Part shown: piece after piece, positions 55,794 to 64,000 of the stretch
Position numbering within the stretch: the stretch's first letter is position 1
Layout: the number at the start of each line of letters is the position of its first letter
From: a bacterium
Lineage (GTDB): Bacteria > Armatimonadota > Chthonomonadetes > Chthonomonadales > Chthonomonadaceae
DNA: 64,000 nucleotides
Assembly: GCA_021777995.1 (NCBI GenBank)
Contig: JAJYCW010000001.1
Coordinates: 5,473-69,472 of the forward strand
Direction: 5' to 3'
Notes under the pieces: model-generated
The model's database searches: none
What the model was told of the DNA's origin: nothing
Seen by the model: the letters and a program-made list of their open reading frames with translations, nothing else
Position numbers and translations under genes: made by a program

Positions 55794-57539
55794 TCAAAGT
55801 ATAGGTTCCTGTCTGGTAACAGACCCGCCGAATATATCGAGTACCTCTTTCAAAACTTCTCCCGACGACGACTTACCGTCGCTAGGAGTCAAGGATGATC
55901 CTGAATCACTATTAGCAGCCGGATCGAGGAGGGTTGTCGAAGCCCCCCCACCTTCGTTCACAGAACGGTTCGATGGTTCCGCAGTAGTCCGGCCGGGCAC
56001 CTCCGAGAGAAGGACGCACTGAACTGTGTAACCTTCTGTCTGCAGAGCCTCGTTAATCTTTTTTTCAAAGAGCGCGCGTCCCTTGTCGTTGATCTGATCG
56101 CGCGCAAAAGCACCTGGAAAACCTACTGTGATAAGCTTGCCTGAAAGAGCAAGGACGCTCGTACCGTTTACAAACGCTGCACCCCTCGCGCTCGCCTTAC
56201 CGAATAGAGAGAGGATACGCGGCCACGAACGTGCAATGACTTCTAGGTCAATTTCGGTGACAAAGCGCCTGTCGACGGGGGCCACCTGCTCGTCGGTATT
56301 TGTACTGGTATTCGCAACGTGTGGTGCAGCGGAACCTTGAGACACCCGCGAACCGGGAACCATGGGCGTTGCCCCAGGGCTGGTAGTGAGATTTGCACTA
56401 ACTACGGTGACAGGCGTAGTAGCAATCGCACGCGTCCCGTCGGTGCAGTGAGCGATCGACTGCAGGCGTGCAAACGTACGCTCAAGGATCCAGCGATGCT
56501 GATTAGAGGCGCGCACCTCCCTTTCAGCACGCGCTAGCTCCTGCATCATATCAAGCAGTGATGCAGGAGTGTAAAGATCGGCTATCGGCTGCAGAGCCTG
56601 GATGCGTTCGTTGCCGAATTCGGCGGCTGCAGCACGATTGGCACCAGCCCGCAGCACAAGAAGGTCCCGCATAAACCCCTGCATGGCCGTCATAAGCTGC
56701 CTGGCATCGGTTCCCCCTTCCATGAACTCCGCCGCGAGGTTTAGCGCCACGGCCATGTCACCCGCTGCCAGCTTACGCGCACACTCCTGTAATTCGGGGT
56801 CGCCAACTGTTCCGATTGCGGCCTTTACGGTAGCCGACGTAACATGACCATCACTGTAGGCCAATACCTGCTCAAGTATGGAGAGAGCGTCGCGCCACGA
56901 TCCTTCGGCGGCCCGTGCGATAGCGATTACTGCATCGGGATCACTGGTAAAGTTTTCTGCGGTGATCACTCTACTTACTGCGGAAGCAAGATCTTGAACG
57001 CTGCCGCGCCGAAACTGGAAGCAGAGGCAGCGAGAACGAATGGTGATGGGAACTTTGTTGTACTCGGTGGTCGCTAGTACGAACACCACATGCGCCGGTG
57101 GCTCTTCCAGCGTTTTAAGCAGTGCATCAAATGCCTTGCTCGAGAGGTCATGAACTTCATCAATAATGTAGACCTTAAACCGCGCCTCGGTAGGTGCATA
57201 CTGAACGTTCTCAATAACCTTTTCTCGAACATCGTCGATCCCCGTTTCCGAAGCGGCATCCATCTCAACGACATCCATGCAGACACCTTCGCGTATAGCC
57301 TTGCATAAAGCGCAGGTTCCACACGGCGTTGCCGTAGGGCCATGTTCACAGTTCAGCGCTCTGGCAAGCAACCGCGCGGTAGAGGTTTTGCCACAACCTC
57401 GTGCGCCATGGAACAGGTAAGCGTGTCCAAACCGGCCATTAGCAATGGAGTTTCGGAGCGTAGTGGTGACAGAATCCTGCCCCATGAGCTCCTCGAAGCT
57501 CTGTGATCGGTATTTACGATATAGAGCGACATACGCCAT
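55794..57539 (-). CDS. dnaX: DNA polymerase III subunit gamma/tau
   Basis: Start taken at ATG 57539 (MAYVALYRKYRSQSFEELMGQ); the ORF track starts at GTG 57554. Walker A GARGCGKTS, a zinc module CGTCALC, and Walker B YIIDEVH. Confidence 0.92.
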   Translation of the reverse strand: MAYVALYRKYRSQSFEELMGQDSVTTTLRNSIANGRFGHAYLFHGARGCGKTSTARLLARALNCEHGPTATPCGTCALCKAIREGVCMDVVEMDAASETGIDDVREKVIENVQYAPTEARFKVYIIDEVHDLSSKAFDALLKTLEEPPAHVVFVLATTEYNKVPITIRSRCLCFQFRRGSVQDLASAVSRVITAENFTSDPDAVIAIARAAEGSWRDALSILEQVLAYSDGHVTSATVKAAIGTVGDPELQECARKLAAGDMAVALNLAAEFMEGGTDARQLMTAMQGFMRDLLVLRAGANRAAAAEFGNERIQALQPIADLYTPASLLDMMQELARAEREVRASNQHRWILERTFARLQSIAHCTDGTRAIATTPVTVVSANLTTSPGATPMVPGSRVSQGSAAPHVANTSTNTDEQVAPVDRRFVTEIDLEVIARSWPRILSLFGKASARGAAFVNGTSVLALSGKLITVGFPGAFARDQINDKGRALFEKKINEALQTEGYTVQCVLLSEVPGRTTAEPSNRSVNEGGGASTTLLDPAANSDSGSSLTPSDGKSSSGEVLKEVLDIFGGSVTRQEPIL

Positions 57540-57589
57540 GGCGGGCTGTTTCACCTGTTCCCAACGAGCGACTTTCCTGGCAGTAGAGG

Positions 57590-57727
57590 AAAAAAAGCAT
57601 CAGGGCATTGAGAGCCGGGTGAACGGACCGCACTCAGAAGGCTAAACTTAAGGCTGCTACCTTCCGGTCCTGACACTGGTTCGTCTGCCCGCCTATGCAG
57701 CCGGCCCGGCTCTCAACGCCCTGATGG
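57590..57727 (-). ncRNA. ffs: signal recognition particle RNA (small, 4.5S-like)
   Basis: Long imperfect hairpin at 57598..57726. Its apical region on the minus strand reads CAGTGTCAGGACCGGAAGGTAGCAGCC, compared with E. coli 4.5S CAGGUCAGGUCCGGAAGGAAGCAGCC. Followed by GC-TTTTTTT. Lies upstream of dnaX, as in Bacillus. Confidence 0.85.
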
Positions 57728-57735
57728 TAAGACGT

Positions 57736-57741
57736 ATTATA
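57736..57741 (-). promoter_or_regulatory. -10 box (TATAAT) for the SRP RNA
   Basis: Minus strand: GGGTATAATACGTCTTAC immediately precedes the SRP RNA hairpin. The -35 region is weak. Confidence 0.45.
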
Positions 57742-57846
57742 CCCAATTCCCTGAAATCCTGCATTGCGCTAAAGCGGCGGCAGGGCACCACCAGCAGTTT
57801 CCGCTGTCGCCGCCGTCCACCCCGCGCCTACACAGCATTGCCGAAG

Positions 57847-60369
57847 CTAGGCGCGGGTAGTAAATAGGCCAGAGGCCTCTGGCGGTAACAACGGCGAACG
57901 CCTCTTCTCGTAGCACAGGTACAGCCGATGCAGTGCCCTTGTGCAAGCAGTATAAAATGGCCGCCTGTCCATCTCAGAGCGATACCCAAGGCTTCCAGCG
58001 TCCGGAATGATCACGGCATCAAATTCCAGCCCTTTAGCGTACACTAAGGGCGCGACGTAGTTACCTACTTCAAACTCTGTAGTCTTCTCATCCAAGATGT
58101 TTATTGCCACATCACCTGCAAGCTGCGAATGCATCGCCACTGCCTCCGCAGTGGATCTGCACACCACACCAACAGAAGCAAAACCCTCGTCGTTAAGCTT
58201 ACGCACTAGATCACCAACCACATTAGCAGTGCCTCCGGTACCAACCCGAACAAGCTCAGGACGTACCCCCGTGGCCCGCACAGAGGCGATCGGTGAACCG
58301 TCAGCGAGAAGACTAGAGGCAAAATCCGTGATCTCTTTACTCGAGCGATAGCAAAACTTTAATGGCGGCATAACGGCGCATTCCGGGAAGACTTTCTTAA
58401 GGCTCTCAAAGTTCGTGGTTTGAACATGCGGGTGTATGGATTGATTAGGATCCCCCACAATTGAGATCGAACATCTGTCGGGAAGCAGTCTTCGCAGATA
58501 TTGGTAATGCAAGATGGAATAGTCCTGGGCCTCATCCACTACCGCATGTATCACACCATTCATCGCTGGAAAGCCTGCTACAAACCCGTGCAAGAACACG
58601 ATTGGAAGCACGTCTTCGCTCCAGATCTGGCGCTTTCTAAGCGACTTCATAGTGGCTTCGATCCATAGGCTGCGACCCGAACCTCGGACAGCATGTCGAC
58701 GGCTCATGAGCTTCTTGACACCGGATACGAGCTGGTTTTCCTGCCTGGGCGCATCACCTGAAAGGAGATCGCCAAGGACACCCGACTCCAGGTATTGAAG
58801 AAAATGACTGTACCAACGCAGCGACTGAATATTCCGCACGGAGATAAGCGTATCACGCACCGGAGTGAAGAGCTCACGAAGTTTTGCTATACTCACATCT
58901 TTGGTGACTGCAGCAAAAAAGTCGTTCTGTTTACGTAGCTCGTTGATTTTGTCCGTTTCGACTGCTAGAACCGCATCAATCCGGGCGATTAAGGGCGCTT
59001 CCTTATCAAAATTGAAGGCCGATACCAAGGTTTGCTTGTCAACCAACACCTGCTGTTTTAGTCTCGCTGATGCGCGAACTTGTCGTTCAGTACCTTCTAT
59101 GACATGGATAAGGTCCTTAGAGATTGTCTGCAACAGAAACAACTCTACACTCTTAAAAAAGGCAACCATCTCCTCGTAGATTTCCAGAGAGGATTTAAAT
59201 GCCATCGCCTTCAGGCGTAAATCGTCCACCTTCTTTAATGCACCCTTCTGGGCCGCCTCGTATTGATCGACGGTGCGTTCAATCTTGTACGCTTCAGGTT
59301 TACGCAGGGTTTTCGCAAATGCCGTTGGCAACATTTCAGTCAACACAGTATTCTGCAGTTTGTCTTCCATGAGTGCTGGCATAACAGAAGCAATATATGA
59401 ACTAAAAGTTGCATTTGGAGAAAAGACCATGACTTTGCTGGCGGAAAACCGGCCCCACAAATCATCCGGATCATTGGCCGCCTCTCGCATGTGATACAGA
59501 AGGTAGCTGGCGCGATGAAGGGCGATCACGGATTTGCCGCTGCCGGCGGGTCCCTGAACTGCAACAATAGGCGCAGTCGCCCGAATGACCACATCCTGCT
59601 CAGCCTGTATGGAACGTACAACCTGCTGCATGGAACCTGTAGTGTTCTTGGATAGGAGATCCGCCAGCATCGGATCAACGGTATTGAATGTTGCGTCGGC
59701 CGGCGATGGGCTATCAAGGTGATTTGATGAGCTGTTCACGGCATCTGCCACCAGTTGCCCCTCGTTTACTGGTGCATTAGCCACCTGTAACGTTGAGACT
59801 TCTCGGGCTGGCATTTCAATGGACACGTCGTTGGACGATGACCGAGAACGTACGTTGTTCTTGCTCAGTGTTACTGCGTCGGTGGAGGACAGAATGTTCA
59901 CCTTACCGTTGGCAACCTCATAGGTGCGACGCAACAGAAGTGTCCCGCGCTGAATGCGATCATGCATGAATTCCGCGGGACCTGGCTCAGTATATTGGGA
60001 ATATAAGGCGCAAATGGGCGATCGCCAATCATGGATCAGAATGTCGCCGTCATTTGCATCCAACCTAACCTCACCAATATAAACAAGTTGATGATCGCTA
60101 TCCAATTGCCAACGAAAATCCACTCGCCCATGGTATAGTTTTTCCTTGAGTCGTTTATATCCTAAAAGTTTTCGATTAGCAATTTCGACTCGCCGTCGCG
60201 TGTGGAAGTCGAATTCATTGTCATCATGAATACGGTTGCCGAAACCCGCCCGATTTGCCCATCGCGCCTGTTCGGCCATGCATTCATCCAGCCGCTTATT
60301 TACGGCCTCAAGATACCCCTGTTCAAATACTGTTGATGTAATATCAGCTCCAAATTTTGACCGGTCCAT
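57847..60369 (-). CDS. HelD-like (helicase IV / UvrD superfamily 1) RNA-polymerase-associated helicase
   Basis: Start at ATG 60369, preceded by GGAGGA. HelD-type N-terminal region (YHGRVDF...VYIGEV...IHDWRSPICALY). Walker A QGPAGSGKS, then VVDEAQD, and a C-terminal UvrD-like domain (GLEFDAVII...LYTACTRALHRL). Confidence 0.8.
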   Translation of the reverse strand: MDRSKFGADITSTVFEQGYLEAVNKRLDECMAEQARWANRAGFGNRIHDDNEFDFHTRRRVEIANRKLLGYKRLKEKLYHGRVDFRWQLDSDHQLVYIGEVRLDANDGDILIHDWRSPICALYSQYTEPGPAEFMHDRIQRGTLLLRRTYEVANGKVNILSSTDAVTLSKNNVRSRSSSNDVSIEMPAREVSTLQVANAPVNEGQLVADAVNSSSNHLDSPSPADATFNTVDPMLADLLSKNTTGSMQQVVRSIQAEQDVVIRATAPIVAVQGPAGSGKSVIALHRASYLLYHMREAANDPDDLWGRFSASKVMVFSPNATFSSYIASVMPALMEDKLQNTVLTEMLPTAFAKTLRKPEAYKIERTVDQYEAAQKGALKKVDDLRLKAMAFKSSLEIYEEMVAFFKSVELFLLQTISKDLIHVIEGTERQVRASARLKQQVLVDKQTLVSAFNFDKEAPLIARIDAVLAVETDKINELRKQNDFFAAVTKDVSIAKLRELFTPVRDTLISVRNIQSLRWYSHFLQYLESGVLGDLLSGDAPRQENQLVSGVKKLMSRRHAVRGSGRSLWIEATMKSLRKRQIWSEDVLPIVFLHGFVAGFPAMNGVIHAVVDEAQDYSILHYQYLRRLLPDRCSISIVGDPNQSIHPHVQTTNFESLKKVFPECAVMPPLKFCYRSSKEITDFASSLLADGSPIASVRATGVRPELVRVGTGGTANVVGDLVRKLNDEGFASVGVVCRSTAEAVAMHSQLAGDVAINILDEKTTEFEVGNYVAPLVYAKGLEFDAVIIPDAGSLGYRSEMDRRPFYTACTRALHRLYLCYEKRRSPLLPPEASGLFTTRA

Positions 60370-60940
60370 CACTGTCCTCCAGGAAGGCGCATCGGGCGTA
60401 AGGCTCCGAGTGCGGTAAAACAACGAGGTTTAAGACCTGACTTCACGTGGTCTCCATCAAGTAAATCTGGATCAGATCGTATTTTTTCCTGCTAACTGTA
60501 AAAAATCTGGCAATTTTAGCCGTGATAATCCGCATGTTGATCAAAGATCGGCAGCCATTCTGGTCGCGGTCCCTGTAAGTCGTATTGCTGATATCAAGCG
60601 CTACTAGCCTCGCAGGTGCATCCTTCTCCGTGTCACCCAGCCGCCGTGCGCGACCAGGTTCTGGCGACACCAGGTTAACGACGGCTCAAGGAACGAAATT
60701 CAGCAGTCGAAAAAGACACTAATATGGTGGGTGCAACTTGTAAACTGGCAACACGGGAAGTACTCCCACACAACTGCGACACCGTGGTGGTATCCAATGC
60801 GCTAAAGCCCACAGTAAATGCTGCATTGTTTGTTCTAGGCGTTACCGGTTGCTACTAATCACGACATCCACGGCGGCAGTGATACAGCTTCCTTGTGTGT
60901 GGCACCTCATCATGGACGTTTACATACACATCAGTACACC

Positions 60941-60970
60941 TTGACCCAAACCCCGTTTGCGGCGTAATAT
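60941..60970 (+). promoter_or_regulatory. sigma70-like promoter for tRNA-Ser and probably rluD
   Basis: TTGACC (60941..60946), an 18-nt spacer, then TAATAT (60965..60970). The mature tRNA 5' end is 14 nt downstream. Confidence 0.5.
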
Positions 60971-60983
60971 ACTCTACTGTCAT

Positions 60984-61068
60984 GGAGAGATGTCCGAGTG
61001 GTCGATGGTGCGGTTCTCGAAAAGCCGTGGGTGTAACAGCCCCGTGGGTTCGAATCCCACTCTCTCCG
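60984..61068 (+). tRNA. tRNA-Ser (anticodon CGA)
   Basis: Acceptor stem GGAGAGA/TCTCTCC plus a discriminator G. Anticodon stem CGGTT/AGCCG with loop CTCGAAA. Long variable arm. T-arm GTGGGTTCGAATCCCAC. No encoded CCA. Confidence 0.93.
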
Positions 61069-61082
61069 CTCTAAGTGAATTA

Positions 61083-62108
61083 ATGGATGATGCGACATTT
61101 GCGGAAGACGACGAACCTACGGCAGCAAGTACCACTATCGTGGTTACGCAACTTAACGCCGGGGAGCGTCTGGATCAGTTCGTAGCATCCCAAATTCCTG
61201 GTACGTCCAGGTCTGAAGTCCAGCGATGGATGGATCCCGCTACTGCTAACGGGGCGAGCGTCAGGGTTAACGGTGGGTCGGCTAAGCCCAGCTACAAGAT
61301 AAGGCCCACCGACGTAATCTCTATCTGTTCTGCCCCGCGACCGCCTCTCCACGTCGAGCCCGAACAAATTCCCATTACCATCGTGCATGAAGATGACCAC
61401 ATTCTGGTCGTCGATAAAGCAAGGGGTATGGTCGTTCATCCCGCACCCGGCACTCCAAATGGCACCCTGGTTAATGCACTTTTGGGCTACACATCACATC
61501 TTTCGAACCAAGGGGAAGCATTTCGACCAGGCATTGTCCATCGGCTTGACCGTGATACCGGTGGCCTGATTGTCGTTGCACGAACTGATTACGCCCATGC
61601 AAACCTGCAAGCACAGATTCAATCTCGCAATGCAAAGCGTGAATATCAGGCAGTTGTTTGGGGTCGTCCGCCGTTTAAGACCGCAGATGTAAATGCGCCA
61701 ATCGGTCGTCACCCAACAGACCGAAAAAAGATGGCAGTAATCACTTCTGACGATCACTCCGCGCGCCATGCAGTAACCCACATTGAGGTACTTGAGTCAC
61801 TTCACTGCTTCTCGCTGCTTCACGCGCGCCTAGAAACTGGCCGTACCCATCAGATTAGAGTGCACTGTGCATTTGCCGGCTATAGTATTGTAGGGGATCC
61901 GCTCTATGGAGGCATTCGTCAAGTGCCCCCTCTTCGGGATACTGCATTAACTCACCGCATTGCAGCGGCAATTACCAACCTTGGTGGCCAGGCGCTGCAC
62001 GCCGTCAAATTGACTTTCGATCACCCGGTAACGGGCGAGAGGCTGGAGTTTCGGTCGCCACTACCGCCGCCCATGCAACATCTCGTTGATGTTCTGCAGG
62101 CAGAATAG
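61083..62108 (+). CDS. rluD: RluA-family 23S rRNA pseudouridine synthase (RluD-like)
   Basis: Start at ATG 61083; the ORF-track N-terminus is read through the tRNA. S4-like N-terminal domain, catalytic HRLDRDTGG, and TGRTHQIRVH. Confidence 0.9.
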   Translation: MDDATFAEDDEPTAASTTIVVTQLNAGERLDQFVASQIPGTSRSEVQRWMDPATANGASVRVNGGSAKPSYKIRPTDVISICSAPRPPLHVEPEQIPITIVHEDDHILVVDKARGMVVHPAPGTPNGTLVNALLGYTSHLSNQGEAFRPGIVHRLDRDTGGLIVVARTDYAHANLQAQIQSRNAKREYQAVVWGRPPFKTADVNAPIGRHPTDRKKMAVITSDDHSARHAVTHIEVLESLHCFSLLHARLETGRTHQIRVHCAFAGYSIVGDPLYGGIRQVPPLRDTALTHRIAAAITNLGGQALHAVKLTFDHPVTGERLEFRSPLPPPMQHLVDVLQAE

Positions 62109-62127
62109 AAGCCAGCCTGACGTTTGC

Positions 62128-63114
62128 TTATGCGGCAACTCCTGTCCACGAGGCGTTGCAAAGCCGACTTATAGTCTCGAGCAGCCTTCCGATAACAAAC
62201 GGCTTGGAGAGTGCGTCGGCATTTGTACTATGCAGCCAAATTCTCAGGTCGGCCGAAAACATGTCGCCAGAAAGTACTACGACGGGAAGGTTGTTGTTCT
62301 GGCCGCGAAGCTCCTGCAAAAATCCGATTCCCGTGCCGTCCGGCAGATGTTGATCAATCAACGCCACTTGGTACGACATCTCCGTCAGAGCTTTTCGTGC
62401 TTCCTTTAGGGTGCCACACAGGTTCACTGCATAACCGGCATCGGCGAGTTGTTCGACCAGCATAGGGCCAACAAACGTATCATCCTCAAGCAATAGAAGG
62501 CGCCCAGCAAGGCCGACGGTCTGTCGTCTTGATGATGGAACGGGATGGTGTGCGGCGCGATGGAAGGCAATCATGCATATTGCGTGATGGGTATCTCGGT
62601 GAAGCATCACGGGTACCGCGCCACAACGTTTTAGCAATCTGCCCGCTAGTCTCCATTCGCTTTTGCTGGTGAAACGAGAATGGGTGTCATGCAACAGCTG
62701 CGTAGTTGAATGGGTTCGGTCATCTGGTGATGTCTCGGTGACGAGGCTGAAGACGATTATTGGTAGTCTGTTGCTTCCTGCCTGAAATCCAACAGACAAC
62801 CTGCTCTTCGCACCATGCAACTCATTGTTGGAAATCAATGAGGCAGCAGTGAGGTAAAGGCCGCGCAAAAGTGTATTGCAGTCGGCATCGGTATCACAGT
62901 CAATCTCTGGAGGCAGTGGAAGGCATTCCGCAACAGTGAAGCTGGAATGATCCAAGATCAACTTCAAGCAGTCCGCCACCACATTCATCAATAAAGCGCT
63001 TGTCGTGCATCTTACCCGTGTACCTGGCCGGTTGGCACCGTGTGCAACCGCAAAAGGCACCTCACTTGCGCTGCCTGCATTTGGACGAACCGCTGGAAAA
63101 TTGCTAGTAACCAT
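62128..63114 (-). CDS. response-regulator receiver domain protein with an uncharacterised ~200-aa N-terminal domain
   Basis: C-terminal REC domain with all key residues (LLLLEDD, ALIDQHLPDGTG, VVVLSG, SKPF). The N-terminal part has no recognised motif and no DNA-binding output domain. Confidence 0.75.
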   Translation of the reverse strand: MVTSNFPAVRPNAGSASEVPFAVAHGANRPGTRVRCTTSALLMNVVADCLKLILDHSSFTVAECLPLPPEIDCDTDADCNTLLRGLYLTAASLISNNELHGAKSRLSVGFQAGSNRLPIIVFSLVTETSPDDRTHSTTQLLHDTHSRFTSKSEWRLAGRLLKRCGAVPVMLHRDTHHAICMIAFHRAAHHPVPSSRRQTVGLAGRLLLLEDDTFVGPMLVEQLADAGYAVNLCGTLKEARKALTEMSYQVALIDQHLPDGTGIGFLQELRGQNNNLPVVVLSGDMFSADLRIWLHSTNADALSKPFVIGRLLETISRLCNASWTGVAA

Positions 63115-63196
63115 ATTTTCATTATTGGCCGGGCAACAAACCTACTGTAGTTTGCCGCCCAGCCAACAAGCCAATTTCCACAAGCATATATCGCTA

Positions 63197-64000
63197 TTAG
63201 ATATTTATAGTGGTGGCTTGTACCGGTACGGAATTATTGCCTAAGGTAACGGTCACCGTTTTGCCGGTACTCAGTTCCGTAACTGTATAGGTTCCAGCTG
63301 GTACCCAGAAGAAGTACTCCCCTGTAACAGGATCGGTGTGCGCGGTCAGAGGTCCGACTGTCGGGGAAAGGGAGACAGTGGTGCTTGCCGGGGCACCCGC
63401 CGATTTCACGAACCCATATATTGTGTAGGGCTGAGACGGCGTGCTGCTACTAATAGGCGCCCCAAGTGGAATATCTCCCAGAGGGTTGGCACCTGCAACG
63501 AGTGGGAACTGGGTGAGTATTGGCTTATTAACATATCCAGTAGCCTGTATGTTGCCGATCGGCACTGTGGGATCACTGCCCAGGCCAACCGGAAGGTTAG
63601 CAATGGAAAACGTTCCATCGGTGGCAGACACAGCACTCTGACCGCCTATCGTCACGTCGGCTCCGGCTACCGGGGTAGTGGTGCCACCGGTCACTGTAAC
63701 CACACGACCGTTGGCAGAGGCAGTATATCCGGTTGCCGACACATAGATCGTGCCAAGGTTATTGATTGTGTTCGCTTTGAGATTAAGTGTGAGAGTGAGC
63801 GTCTGCTCACCGGGGACAGTGACCGTACCAGTTGTCGTATTTACGGGAACATTGGTAAGGGCGAATCCACCTGTAGAGTTTGTAGTTGAGGTAACACCGC
63901 CCATACTTACTGTTCCGGCGGTTACGGGCGGCAGATTTGTCTCTACCAACAATACTGAACCTGTTACCGTGGTACCGCCTGACGTGTTCCCTCCTCCGCC
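63197..64000 (-). CDS. cell-surface repeat protein (CarboxypepD_reg/Ig-like repeats), 5'-partial
   Basis: The reading frame is open to the window end. Thr/Gly/Val-rich repeats of the type GGFALTNVPVN...GTV and DGTFSIANLPVG. C-terminal portion only. Confidence 0.65.
   Translation of the reverse strand, partial: GGGGNTSGGTTVTGSVLLVETNLPPVTAGTVSMGGVTSTTNSTGGFALTNVPVNTTTGTVTVPGEQTLTLTLNLKANTINNLGTIYVSATGYTASANGRVVTVTGGTTTPVAGADVTIGGQSAVSATDGTFSIANLPVGLGSDPTVPIGNIQATGYVNKPILTQFPLVAGANPLGDIPLGAPISSSTPSQPYTIYGFVKSAGAPASTTVSLSPTVGPLTAHTDPVTGEYFFWVPAGTYTVTELSTGKTVTVTLGNNSVPVQATTINI

Noticed and set aside
57737-57946. 69-aa minus-strand ORF
   Set aside because: It overlaps the 3' end of the HelD-like gene and the SRP RNA promoter, so it is not plausible as a gene.
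60443-60670. 75-aa minus-strand ORF upstream of the HelD-like gene
   Set aside because: It has a GTG start without a Shine-Dalgarno sequence, an abrupt composition switch in the middle, and no motif. It is probably part of the helD 5' region.
60957-61082. N-terminal 42 residues of the 383-aa ORF-track version of rluD
   Set aside because: This stretch is the tRNA-Ser(CGA) gene read as protein. The real rluD start is ATG 61083.
63338-63889. 183-aa ORF antisense to the surface-repeat protein
   Set aside because: It is an artefact of the low-complexity Thr/Gly/Val repeat coding strand and has an Arg/Cys/Gly-rich composition.
1-64000. Looked for CRISPR arrays, IS elements, integrases, prophage genes, toxin-antitoxin pairs and known defence-system gene sets
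   Set aside because: I saw no spaced direct-repeat array, no transposase, integrase or reverse-transcriptase motifs, and no terminal inverted repeats. The tRNA-Ser is not flanked by an integrase. The window looks like a core chromosome.

Overview
Gene-dense chromosomal window with about 60 CDS, one tRNA and one SRP RNA. I found no rRNA, CRISPR array, transposase, integrase or other mobile element. Gene content suggests a diderm, non-actinobacterial host, possibly Armatimonadetes-like or PVC-like: a TolC-type outer-membrane protein, a DUF1559 (H-x9-DG) prepilin-like protein, and an ffs-dnaX-ybaB-recR block. This placement cannot be verified without a database search.

Layout from left to right:
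- MoxR-associated cluster: membrane protein, DUF4129, DUF4350, MoxR, then a GT4 glycosyltransferase.
- Adenosine-deaminase-like gene, BMP-type nucleoside ABC importer, and folE.
- Minus-strand cell-envelope operon: PBP1A, ftsE, ftsX, coiled-coil M23 peptidase, and a 655-aa orphan.
- Cyclophilin, a CcrM-like orphan adenine methyltransferase coupled to pth, and galT.
- Two hypothetical proteins and a Gfo/Idh/MocA oxidoreductase.
- MarR, a TolC-like gene, a 487-nt ORF-free spacer, and a lone ABC ATPase.
- Eis-like GNAT, rplJ-rplL with leader, and a Zn-ADH.
- cheW-cheA-HDOD.
- DUF1559 pilin-like gene with a mini-lipoprotein, hsp20, msrB, and an esterase.
- ClpA/B/C-like ATPase with a dead second ATPase (D2) module.
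- Complete Pup/UBact-type modifier-proteasome locus: ATPase, dop-like, 62-aa modifier, prcB, prcA, pafA-like.
- Glycosidase-like gene interrupted by an in-frame TAA.
- pdxS, recR, ybaB, dnaX, SRP RNA, a HelD-like helicase, tRNA-Ser(CGA), rluD, a receiver-domain protein, and a partial surface-repeat protein.

The most interesting element is the proteasome locus with its basic, SGQ-terminated modifier. That kind of system has, to my knowledge, only been predicted bioinformatically outside Actinobacteria. I found nothing I can defend as a wholly undescribed system. The secondary leads are the dead-D2 Clp-like ATPase, the orphan CcrM-like methyltransferase, the in-frame stop, the dnaX slippery heptamer and the structured spacer. 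All product calls rest on motif recognition by eye, and no searches were run.
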